DNA of 60,350 bases from Acutalibacteraceae bacterium. GTDB taxonomy: Bacteria > Bacillota > Clostridia > Oscillospirales > Acutalibacteraceae. The stretch covers positions 1 through 60,350 of the forward strand of contig JAZOXC010000082.1 of the NCBI GenBank assembly GCA_045659535.1, read 5' to 3'. The notes under the pieces are model-generated. The model saw only the letters and a list, made by a program, of their open reading frames with translations, did not search any database and was not told where the DNA came from. The translations under genes were made by a program, and so were the position numbers. Positions 36,532 through 45,100 of this stretch are shown here, in pieces; positions within the stretch are counted from its first letter, which is position 1, and each line of letters opens with the position of its first letter.

Positions 36532-37026
36532 ATGAAAAATGCAATAGCTCTTTTATTAGCATTGACCTTTTTATTCTGTCTTGGCGCTTGCGGCGAAAAA
36601 GCCGAAAATCAAAATGATACACCCTCGATATCCGATGATGTAGCATCCAATGATGAAATTTCATCAAACGATGAGTCATCAAGCGCTACCCCCGCACCCT
36701 CTAACAAGCCCGAAAGTGAAAAACCCGAGAGCTCTTCGAAACCGAGCAATGTATCGAGTAAACCCCAAAGCGGCAATGCTTCCGATACATCTGCAAGCAA
36801 GGTTCCCGTTTCAAGCGAGGTTATTACTCCTTCAACAAGCAGCAAACCCTCGTCGTCATCTACTCCTTCTGTATCTTCGCCCTCTTCGAGCAGCGAAGTA
36901 GTTAGCGGAGGGGAGAGTAGCTCTGAGGTTAGTTCAACCACCCCCGTTCCGCCGCCCGCAAGCTCTTCATCCGGTATAGGCGGCAGCGGCAATATCGGTG
37001 GCGGTGGCATTTTCCCCATCAAATAG
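36532..37026 (+). CDS. Ser/Pro-rich low-complexity lipoprotein
   Basis: RBS GGAGGA and lipobox FCLGAC. Most of the remainder is S/P/E-rich (SSKPSSSSTPSVSSPSSSSEVVSGG...). Confidence 0.65.
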   Translation: MKNAIALLLALTFLFCLGACGEKAENQNDTPSISDDVASNDEISSNDESSSATPAPSNKPESEKPESSSKPSNVSSKPQSGNASDTSASKVPVSSEVITPSTSSKPSSSSTPSVSSPSSSSEVVSGGESSSEVSSTTPVPPPASSSSGIGGSGNIGGGGIFPIK

Positions 37027-37041
37027 TAATTGGAGGCAACT

Positions 37042-37869
37042 ATGGTAAACTGGAGTTTACAAATGGCATTACATGATAACGCAAAGAATTGCGAATTTCT
37101 TGTAATCAACCATGACCGGAGCACAACTTTACCCGCTCATACGCACCAATTCGTTGAGATTGAGTATGTTTTGCGTGGTCCTATGATCCAGGTTATAAAT
37201 GGTGTTGAACATACCGTTCAGCGCGGCGATATTATATATCTAAATGTTGGCGATAGCCATGAGCTTAAAAGAGTAACCCCCGATTCCGAGGCCGAGGTTC
37301 TGAATATCATGTTCCTAACCAATCAGCTCTTTAAGGGTGTTGAATCTTTTGATTATTCAAACCTCCCGCAGGGCGGTATTATTCGCCTGCAGAATTCCGA
37401 TCGCGTAGAGATCGAAAATCTCATCATGATGATCGAGCAGGAATATAATACCTACGACCGCTTTACCGAAATCATCCTCAAAAACCTTACTCTTGCATTG
37501 GTTTCGATTCTTATCCGCCATAGTTCCGATAATCAAGAGCGCAAGTATAATAAGGAATTCGAGCGCATTATAAACTTTGTTGATAATGATTTCTCAAGCG
37601 CATGCCTTGAGAAAACCGCAGCCAAGTTTGGCTATAATTCCTCCTATTTCAGCCGTTTCTTTGAAAAGAATATGGGAGCAAACTTCTCGAGCTATGTTGC
37701 CGAAAAGAAGATAAACCTTTCGAAGGACCTCCTTATCAATACAAAGGATCCCATCGATGTTATAAGCTATAAGTGCGGCTTCAATTCGCAGAGTGCATTC
37801 TATCGTATGTTCCAAAAGAAAACCGGAATGACTCCAAAAAAATACCGCCAGCTTAATAAAAATCAGTAG
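37042..37869 (+). CDS. AraC-family transcriptional regulator (cupin sensor plus HTH)
   Basis: ATG 37042 follows GGAGG. Cupin-like N-terminus is HTHQFVEIEYVLRG...GDIIYLNVGDSHE. C-terminal AraC HTH is ISYKCGFNSQSAFYRMFQKKTGMTPKKYR. Confidence 0.85.
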   Translation: MVNWSLQMALHDNAKNCEFLVINHDRSTTLPAHTHQFVEIEYVLRGPMIQVINGVEHTVQRGDIIYLNVGDSHELKRVTPDSEAEVLNIMFLTNQLFKGVESFDYSNLPQGGIIRLQNSDRVEIENLIMMIEQEYNTYDRFTEIILKNLTLALVSILIRHSSDNQERKYNKEFERIINFVDNDFSSACLEKTAAKFGYNSSYFSRFFEKNMGANFSSYVAEKKINLSKDLLINTKDPIDVISYKCGFNSQSAFYRMFQKKTGMTPKKYRQLNKNQ

Positions 37870-37875
37870 TAATCA

Positions 37876-37916
37876 AAAATATCCTGTGGTATAATAGCCG
37901 CAGGATATTTTTTGTT
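37876..37916 (+). terminator. Rho-independent terminator after the AraC gene
   Basis: AATATCCTGTGG, 8-nt loop, CCGCAGGATATT (one G-U pair), followed by TTTTGTTT. Confidence 0.7.
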
Positions 37917-37928
37917 TGGAGATATGTC

Positions 37929-38492
37929 ATGAAAGTTATTTTAGCCTCTAAATCGCCAAGAAGGCAGGAGCTACTTCGCGTTCTTTGCAGCGATTTTTCT
38001 ATTGATGTACCCGTTGGCGAGGAATTCTGCCCCGCCGAAATTCCGCTTTTTTCGCGCCCCGAGTTTTTGGCGCGCGAAAAGGCGATAGAGGTTGCCGCTC
38101 GCAACCCCGATGCCCTAATTATCGCCGCCGATACCGCAGTGTTCTCGGATGGTGCGATGCTCGGCAAACCAAAAAACGAAGCCGAGGCAAGGGAAATGTT
38201 AGGTAGCCTTTCGGGCAAAACCCATGAGGTTATAACCGGCTGCGCGATAGCATATTCCGGCAAAATAGAAACCTTTAGCGTTAAAACCGAGGTCGAATTT
38301 TATCCGCTGTCCGATAGTGATATAGATTCTTATATTAAAACAGGCGAGAGCTTTGATAAAGCAGGGGCCTATGGAATTCAGGGCAAAGGCGCTATATTGG
38401 TTCGCGGAATCAGGGGCGACTATTTCAATGTTGTCGGACTTCCGATTGCGGAGTTATCTCAAAAACTAAAAAATATCTGCATCCTTAACTAA
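37929..38492 (+). CDS. maf: Maf-family nucleoside triphosphate pyrophosphatase (septum formation inhibitor-like)
   Basis: N-terminus is KVILASKSPRRQELL, with ADTAVF, GKPKNEAEA, AGAYGIQG and NVVGLP. Confidence 0.9.
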   Translation: MKVILASKSPRRQELLRVLCSDFSIDVPVGEEFCPAEIPLFSRPEFLAREKAIEVAARNPDALIIAADTAVFSDGAMLGKPKNEAEAREMLGSLSGKTHEVITGCAIAYSGKIETFSVKTEVEFYPLSDSDIDSYIKTGESFDKAGAYGIQGKGAILVRGIRGDYFNVVGLPIAELSQKLKNICILN

Positions 38493-38630
38493 AAAAACAA
38501 AAAAAGAGCGGATTTTTTCGAATCTGCCCTTTTTTTATGAAAAATTTTATGATAAAATAAAACCATAGGGTTTTCTAAAACCACCTATTTTCAGAGGGAA
38601 GCCTCAAAAGGAAAAAAGGAGAAACAAAAA

Positions 38631-39986
38631 ATGAAAAAACTTATTGCAATTTTATTAGTAGCAGTCATGGTCTTTAGCTTTGCTGCATGCGGCGGCGGTT
38701 CTTCGGGCAGCAAAGGCACAGGCCTTTGGAAGGTAACCTATCCCGATGGCAGAATAGAATATTATGATGTTTTCGATAACGGCTCGAACCTGCTTTCTGT
38801 TACCCTCGTTGTAAACAAAGAGGGAAGCCGCAATATCCTCGATCTATTCGGTGATAACGATTTCAGCTATCTTGCCGAAATGGGTTTCTTAGGCAAAACC
38901 CCCAACGAAATAATATCCTGGTATGAGCTTGATTATGATTATTTTATGACAGAATATTATAGTTATTTCGAGCAACAAGCCACCGGCGACTTCTCCGAGC
39001 TGTTCAAAGCCGAGGCTAAGCGCATCAAGGAGAACGGAACCGCAGAAGAACTCGATGCATTCTTATATATGGTTTCCCTGTGGGATAAGGACTATTATCT
39101 GTGCGATAAATACAGCAAAGAAGGCGAACTCAGACTTTCAAAGAACAGCAAACTCGTTGCCAAAATCGATTTCGATTCGTTACAGATAACCGTTCCTCAG
39201 TATAATGTTCCCATCAGCTTTGAGGGTGATTCCAAAAAATTCACCGTAACCCAGAGCTGGAACGAACCCTTCCATACGAACTCGGTTTGGGAGCGCATCG
39301 GCGACACCAAGAACAACGCTTCTAAGCTCGATATAAACACTCTATCCGATCTCGATGGTATTTGGAGAATCGAGAGTTATGATGAGGATGGAAATGTTAG
39401 TGGCGCAACCTATCTCAAGATTCAAAAGTCTGCAGATAGCGATGGATATATTACCTATATGCAGGTTGCACCGAACGGCAGCGAAAATATTCTTGAGGCA
39501 TTAACCGGCGATGTTGAAACCTTCTTAATCGAGAATGGTTATGCCGATGACTTCGATTCGGCCAAGGAGAATTGGTATTCTTCGAATTTCACAATCGAAG
39601 AATCTATAGCATGGGATATGGAGGATATGCTCGCAGGTAAACCCTATCAGGGCTGGTCTAATTTCGAGGGCTCCGATGGTTCGGGTCAGGCATTCGTTGC
39701 TCCTTATTTCAAGGCAGCAGCCGAAGCGCTTAAGGATGCAGATATCCGCATTCAGTATGCTCTAACCAAGTTCTATGCTGATATTAACGAGCAGGTTGAA
39801 AAATATGATGGTGATGGAAGCATAAGCGGATTCCGCGGTGGCTATAATGTTAATAGCGAAACTCTCATCTTCAGAGTAGGTTCTGATGATGTTAATACTC
39901 TAAGTGGAAACAGCAAGAAACTAAAAGTAGTTGTTGGCTATTTTTCGAGCTTCCCCGCAGGCAGTGTTCTAACCCGCGTTAAGTAA
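38631..39986 (+). CDS. Lipoprotein of unknown function with an internal two-fold duplication
   Basis: RBS AAGGAG and lipobox FAACGG. The halves share GLWKV/GIWRI, EGSRNILDLFGDN/NGSENILEALTGD and EGDSKKFTVT/SGNSKKLKVV. Confidence 0.7.
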   Translation: MKKLIAILLVAVMVFSFAACGGGSSGSKGTGLWKVTYPDGRIEYYDVFDNGSNLLSVTLVVNKEGSRNILDLFGDNDFSYLAEMGFLGKTPNEIISWYELDYDYFMTEYYSYFEQQATGDFSELFKAEAKRIKENGTAEELDAFLYMVSLWDKDYYLCDKYSKEGELRLSKNSKLVAKIDFDSLQITVPQYNVPISFEGDSKKFTVTQSWNEPFHTNSVWERIGDTKNNASKLDINTLSDLDGIWRIESYDEDGNVSGATYLKIQKSADSDGYITYMQVAPNGSENILEALTGDVETFLIENGYADDFDSAKENWYSSNFTIEESIAWDMEDMLAGKPYQGWSNFEGSDGSGQAFVAPYFKAAAEALKDADIRIQYALTKFYADINEQVEKYDGDGSISGFRGGYNVNSETLIFRVGSDDVNTLSGNSKKLKVVVGYFSSFPAGSVLTRVK

Positions 39987-39989
39987 AAT

Positions 39990-40022
39990 AAAAAACCTCC
40001 CCGAATCGGGGAGGTTTTTTTG
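39990..40022. terminator. Bidirectional rho-independent terminator between convergent genes
   Basis: AAAAAA-CCTCCCCG-AAT-CGGGGAGG-TTTTTTT. The stem is flanked by an A-run and a T-run. Confidence 0.85.
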
Positions 40023-40024
40023 TT

Positions 40025-41050
40025 TTATCTTTTGCCGAAGATGTATTCGGTAATGCTATAAAAATCGGTCTCGGCAGGGAGAACTGTCGAGGGGAAGTTA
40101 TCATGGTTGGGGCTATCTGGATAGTGCTGGGTTTCGAGGCAGAAGCCTTGATGCTTATAAAGTCCGCCACCCTTTCCGAGAACATTCGAAAGGAAGTTCG
40201 AGGTATAAAGCTGAACTCCGGGCTCGCTTGTTTTAACCTTCATTTCGATTCCCGTTTTGGGGCTGTAGGCAATGATCTTAACCCCGTCGCCATCGTTTAG
40301 GCAGAAGTTATGATCAAAGCCGCCGCCAAAGCGCATCTGCTCATCATCGCTCTCAATATCGCGGCCGATAGCTTTTGCGGTTCTGAAATCAAAGGGAGTG
40401 CCCGAAACATCGCGAATTTCGCCCGTAGGAACGAGTTTATCATTATAGGGAGTGAAGTTATCGGCATCAATATAAAGCTCGTTATCAAGGATATTTCCGC
40501 CATCATAGCCGTTTAGGTTGAAATAGGTATGATTGGTTAGGTTTATAATGGTTTCCTTGCTTGCGATGGCCTTGTATTCTATGCGCAGCGCGTTATCCTT
40601 GGTGACTGTGAATATAACCGTAACATCCAGCTCGCCGGGATAGCCCTCCTCCATATCATCGAAGATATGATTAAAGGAAATCGAGGGTTCATCGCCCTCA
40701 TTTGCGCCAACAACATCCCAAAGCTGCTTATCAAATCCAACAAAGCCGCCATGCAGATGGGTGATGCCCTTTTCGTTGCAGCCAACCTCATATTCCTTGC
40801 CGCCGAGCTTAAATATTCCATCGCCGATGCGATTGCCGTAGCGACCGATGGTGGCGCCCAAATATCCGCCCGACTTTAGGTAGTCTTCTAAACAGTCGTA
40901 GCCGAGGGCAACATCGCGACCATCAAAAATTATATTGGTTATGGTTGCGCCATAGTTGATAATCGAAACCTCAAGACCGCCCGCACCTACGAGGGTATAT
41001 TTGGTTATCTCAACTCCATAAAGCTCGCCAAAATCTGTTTCCTTAATCAT
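40025..41050 (-). CDS. galM: Galactose mutarotase (aldose 1-epimerase)
   Basis: Motifs are GRYGNRIGDG, THLHGGFVGFDKQLW, NLTNHTYFNL and GFCLETQHYPDSPNH. Confidence 0.9.
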   Translation of the reverse strand: MIKETDFGELYGVEITKYTLVGAGGLEVSIINYGATITNIIFDGRDVALGYDCLEDYLKSGGYLGATIGRYGNRIGDGIFKLGGKEYEVGCNEKGITHLHGGFVGFDKQLWDVVGANEGDEPSISFNHIFDDMEEGYPGELDVTVIFTVTKDNALRIEYKAIASKETIINLTNHTYFNLNGYDGGNILDNELYIDADNFTPYNDKLVPTGEIRDVSGTPFDFRTAKAIGRDIESDDEQMRFGGGFDHNFCLNDGDGVKIIAYSPKTGIEMKVKTSEPGVQLYTSNFLSNVLGKGGGLYKHQGFCLETQHYPDSPNHDNFPSTVLPAETDFYSITEYIFGKR

Positions 41051-41079
41051 ATCGATACTCCTTTATAGGTTATGATTAT

Positions 41080-41108
41080 ATAATAATATATTTGCCTCAA
41101 TATGGCAA
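41080..41108 (-). promoter_or_regulatory. Candidate sigma-A promoter for galM
   Basis: On the minus strand: TTGCCA (41108-41103), 17 nt, TATTAT (41085-41080). The RBS AAGGAG lies downstream. Confidence 0.4.
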
Positions 41109-41140
41109 CAAAAAACCGCCGGTTTCCCGACGGTTTTTTT
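41109..41140 (-). terminator. Rho-independent (bidirectional-type) terminator after the giant minus-strand gene
   Basis: AAAAAACCGCCGG-TTTC-CCGACGGTTTTTTT, with one mismatch in the stem and A/T runs on both sides. Confidence 0.7.
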
Positions 41141-41145
41141 AAAAT

Positions 41146-42105
41146 TTATCCCTTAATCGAAGTATAAACTACAACGCTGCCTGCGGGAATAGTATCGTTT
41201 ATCTTGGTTGTAACGCCGCTATAGGTCTTGTCGGCATCGATAATCGCGCCGCGCGAATCGCGCTCAACGCTTTCAACATCATAAACATGTCGATACATAT
41301 TCTTTCCGCCGATCGATTTTGCGAAGTTAACGCTAATATTCTGCTCGCTTTCGCTGCTGTTAACAACGAGAACCGACCAATTTCCATCAGCAAGCTTAAC
41401 AGTTGCGATATGAATATTGTCGTGTGTCGAGGATGAATAGTAGGTTGTTCCGTCATCCGATCCGGAGAAGTATTTGGTTAGTAGGCTGGTTGAATAGTAG
41501 ATATAATAGGGAGTCTGTGTTTGGATAAGCGAGGTGGTTGCGCCGCCCATATGGTTGCCATACTGGAACTCGCCGCCGCTACCCGAGATGTACGACCATA
41601 AGCAGTCGGCAAACTGCCATAGGATACCGCCCGAGAGACCTGCGTTCATAAGCGATACAAACTGGTTTGCGTTCTTAACGCCCCACCAGCGCTGACCTTC
41701 ATCATCATAGAGCTGCATGAAGTTGTAGCCGCTCGATGCAAACTCATCGCACCAGAAGGTAACATCCGAGAACTTGGGATTAACAGCCTCGAGATTCGAG
41801 AGCCAAGCTGCGAAGCGGTCATAAGCCTCCCAGTAAACATCGCCTTCTGCACCAACAACGGGAGCAGGGTCGTATTCACCGGTTCTGTCCTGGCTGCCTT
41901 CGATGAGGTGGGTGGTCCAAACATCATAGAGATCGTAGCCATATTTAGAATTCTTGGCGAAGTATTCTGCAAGACCTGCGTGCCCGCTCGGACCCGACTG
42001 GTTGGGGCCAACAAGGATAATAGAATCGCGAACGGTTTGGGTCTTGCTGCTGTCGGTATAGGTTGCATACATCTTGTCAACCAATCGATCAACAATCTTG
42101 AGCAT
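41146..42105 (-). CDS. C-terminal part of a clan GH-A hydrolase domain (nucleophile strand plus beta-sandwich); in-frame continuation of the giant ORF after a TAA, probably not a separate gene
   Basis: TFWCDEFASSG aligns with ISEFQEG and LTECSENG of the paralogs. HIATVKLADGNWSVLVVN aligns with their beta-sandwich. There is no RBS before ATG 42105. The frame is continuous with 42127-51792 apart from TAA at 42127-42129. Confidence 0.6.
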   Translation of the reverse strand: MLKIVDRLVDKMYATYTDSSKTQTVRDSIILVGPNQSGPSGHAGLAEYFAKNSKYGYDLYDVWTTHLIEGSQDRTGEYDPAPVVGAEGDVYWEAYDRFAAWLSNLEAVNPKFSDVTFWCDEFASSGYNFMQLYDDEGQRWWGVKNANQFVSLMNAGLSGGILWQFADCLWSYISGSGGEFQYGNHMGGATTSLIQTQTPYYIYYSTSLLTKYFSGSDDGTTYYSSSTHDNIHIATVKLADGNWSVLVVNSSESEQNISVNFAKSIGGKNMYRHVYDVESVERDSRGAIIDADKTYSGVTTKINDTIPAGSVVVYTSIKG

Positions 42106-42126
42106 CTGAGCAGCATGAGCACCCTG

Positions 42127-45100
42127 TTAGAGAGAGCCGTTCTGTTGCGAGGGCTCGTAAAAGGATAGGACATGGGTTAGGTTGGTAACACCATGATTAC
42201 GGATAGCCAAAACAGCCTCGGTCATCCAGGTAGCATATCTGTCTGCTGCGAGGTCAAGATCAATAGCGGGATGGAATATACCCCAAGAGATAGCATATTG
42301 AATATTGCCGTTTGCATCAACAATTCGCGGAGAGAGGTAATCAACCTCGGGAATCGAGGAAGAACCATAAACCGCCGAGGAGAGATGCCATCCGCAAAGG
42401 ATCATAACATCAATGCCGTAATCCTCGAGCAACTGACACCATTTATAGAACTGCTGCATCTCAGAAGAGTTCCAATCCCAAGGATTGTTAACATCGCCTG
42501 TATATGCCCATTGCGATCTAAACATGGTTCTAACGCGGGTAATACCTGCGTTCTTCATGCGGGTAAGCTCTTCATGGAGCTGTTCTTCGGTAAAGTCTCT
42601 TCCCATAACATCATCAATAAGCGGGAAATAAACTGTTGAGGTAAGACCCGAGAAGGTATCGTTAACAATGCCCGAGGTGGTATTGTTAACGGTTAGGGTA
42701 GCTGCGCCTGCACCAGCGGTTCCGCCGCCCTCCACAGCGTTCGACATATCATCGTAGTCATAAGCCTCATCAGCGGTTTCGTTGGGTCTGTTTTCGAACG
42801 CATGGATATCCGAGAAGAAGGAAACATAGTCAATATCGATATATCCTGCAGTACATTCGATAACAAGATAGGTCGGGCGAACATCGGGGCTTAGATACTT
42901 GAATGCGCCAAAGCTCCAATTGGTTCCCGATGCCTTAATCGAGGCGATAGAACCATCAGCATTGAGAACAGGAGTTTTGCCATCGGCTGTTGCCGAGATG
43001 CCAATATATCCTGCGCCGCTTGCCGAAGAACGGATAGCAGCCGAAAGGGTATAGTTGTAGTAATCTTTATAGTTATAGTCGATTCGGGTGTTGATGGGAA
43101 CGATAAGCTTCTGACCGGCCGAAACGCGGAGATACTTGCCGCCATCATATGCATCCGAGGAGCTCATAAAGGTTCCGCCGCTATAAAGCGAGTTGCCGTT
43201 TTCAAAGCTACCATCGCTAACAAGGTTATAAAGCGATTCGGTATAGGGAGCAGTAACAGGGTCGCTGCTTGCTATAGCATTTGTGCGCTTGATCTGGATA
43301 TCATCGAAATGGAGGTTCGATGTTGTGCTGTCGTTTGCCGAGAAAACAAGGTTAACGTTGCAAGCATCAGCTGCGGCGCGATCATTTGCGAAGGTATGAG
43401 TAACCAATGTCCATTCGGTATTCGAAAGGGTAACAGTCTGCTTGTCGAGTGCGTGCATGTAATCCCAGTCGCCCGAGTCAACGGTTCGAATTGAGCTATC
43501 AAAAGATGTTCCTGCCTTATCGGCCTTAACATAATAGGAAATGGTATACCACTCACCCGGATTAACCCTAAATGTGGACCAAGCCTGATATAGCGGGTGG
43601 CGCAGTAGATCGCCATCATTGGTTGTAACATCGCTCTTGGGATCGGTATCGCTCGAGGTAGCATTCATGCGGAGCGAATATTTGCCCGAATGTGCGGTCG
43701 AGGAGGAGATAGCATACCAAAGCTTGTTAGTCTTGGCAATGGTGTAGGCAGGAGCAAATCCGCCCTCAACCTTAATCATGCTGTTCTCAAAATCAACCGA
43801 CTCATAGGTTATAAGCTCTTCGGTTTCATCGAGCGAAACGGATAGGATGCTAACCTTGCTGTCGCAAACCGACTGCAGGAAAACATCAACCGCCGAATTA
43901 TCACTCGAGTTGAAGCTAACCTTATAGGTCGAAACACCGGTCTTATCGGTGGTCATCGAGGAGTTTGCGCTATAAGAGGTGGTCGGGTTGAGTGTTGTGG
44001 CACCCGCATCGGTAACACCAAAGTAAAGAGCACCGGCTTCGCTTGTCTTTGCCTTAACGGTTAGGGTGTAGTCGGTGTAGCGCTTAACGGTAGCACTCTG
44101 CTTGAGGTACTGACCTCTCTCGGTTAAGGTTGCGCTGGGCTCGCCATCGATATCATAGGTCGAAGCGCTGCCTTCCCAACCATTTCTGCCGTTTTCAAAG
44201 TTTCCGTTCTCGATGCCATAGGTGGGAGCATCAATCTGGGTTAAGGAGAGGTCATCAATCCAAACAGTACCCGAGTTCAGGCGGCTTCCATAGCCAAGAC
44301 CGAATACTGCCTCGGTGTCATCGCCCGAGTTAAAGCGAAGGGTAACCTTCTGCCAATCCCAGTTTGCATACATGGGTCCTAATTGATAATCAAGAGCATA
44401 GGATTGAAGCGAAAGAAGCTTCGGAGCCAGGTATTCCGCTTCACCATATTTATACTGGCGATACTTAACTCCATCAATCTCGATGTCCTGATAATAGGAG
44501 TATCCTGCATTCATAAACTTGTGCGGATAGATATAGGCTCTTCCAAGGAATACAGGAGTTTGTGCATACCAATAGAACGAGAATTCATAATCGGTATTGG
44601 GAATAAGATCGCGCAGAATATAGGATGCGGTTCCTGCGCGGGTTGAAAGTCTGAGCGAGCGGTTACCTGTATGGGCATATGAACTATCGATCGAGAAATA
44701 CGAATCGAAGGTTGCATTGGCGCCTATAATGTAGTCGCTACCCGAGTAGTAGATAAATCCGTTATGGTCGTATGCATAGCAAATACCATTGCTTTCATTA
44801 TAGGTTGTGTAAGAGTAGGGATTATCGGTAACAACTCGGTTTTCAAAGTTTCCAACATAGAACTCATCATTTTCAAAGCTACCATCATTTATGAGGTTAA
44901 CCTTTTCGGGAACACTGTTGTTAACTCCCGACTGAAGATGAGCATTACGCTTAATAAAGTTCCAAACCTTATCAACCGAAACACTTGCAGAGGATTTAAC
45001 ATTGGTGGTCTCGTTAACATCGCTGTCGCTCCAGAAGTCGGCAGGATAGTTGCCTGCGAAGGCATCGATGAGAGCTACCGCCAATAATCTCTTAACCTGG

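Noticed and set aside
36609-37124. 171-aa antisense ORF across the Ser/Pro-rich lipoprotein gene
   Set aside because: It is the mirror image of a low-complexity tract (E/L/G-rich). The sense ORF has an RBS and a lipobox signal, and the antisense ORF has neither.
42127-42129. Alternative genetic code or reassigned TAA as the explanation for the in-frame stop
   Set aside because: Other clearly complete genes in the window terminate with TAA (for example 902-904, 31186-31188 and 55540-55542), as well as with TAG and TGA. The standard bacterial code applies.
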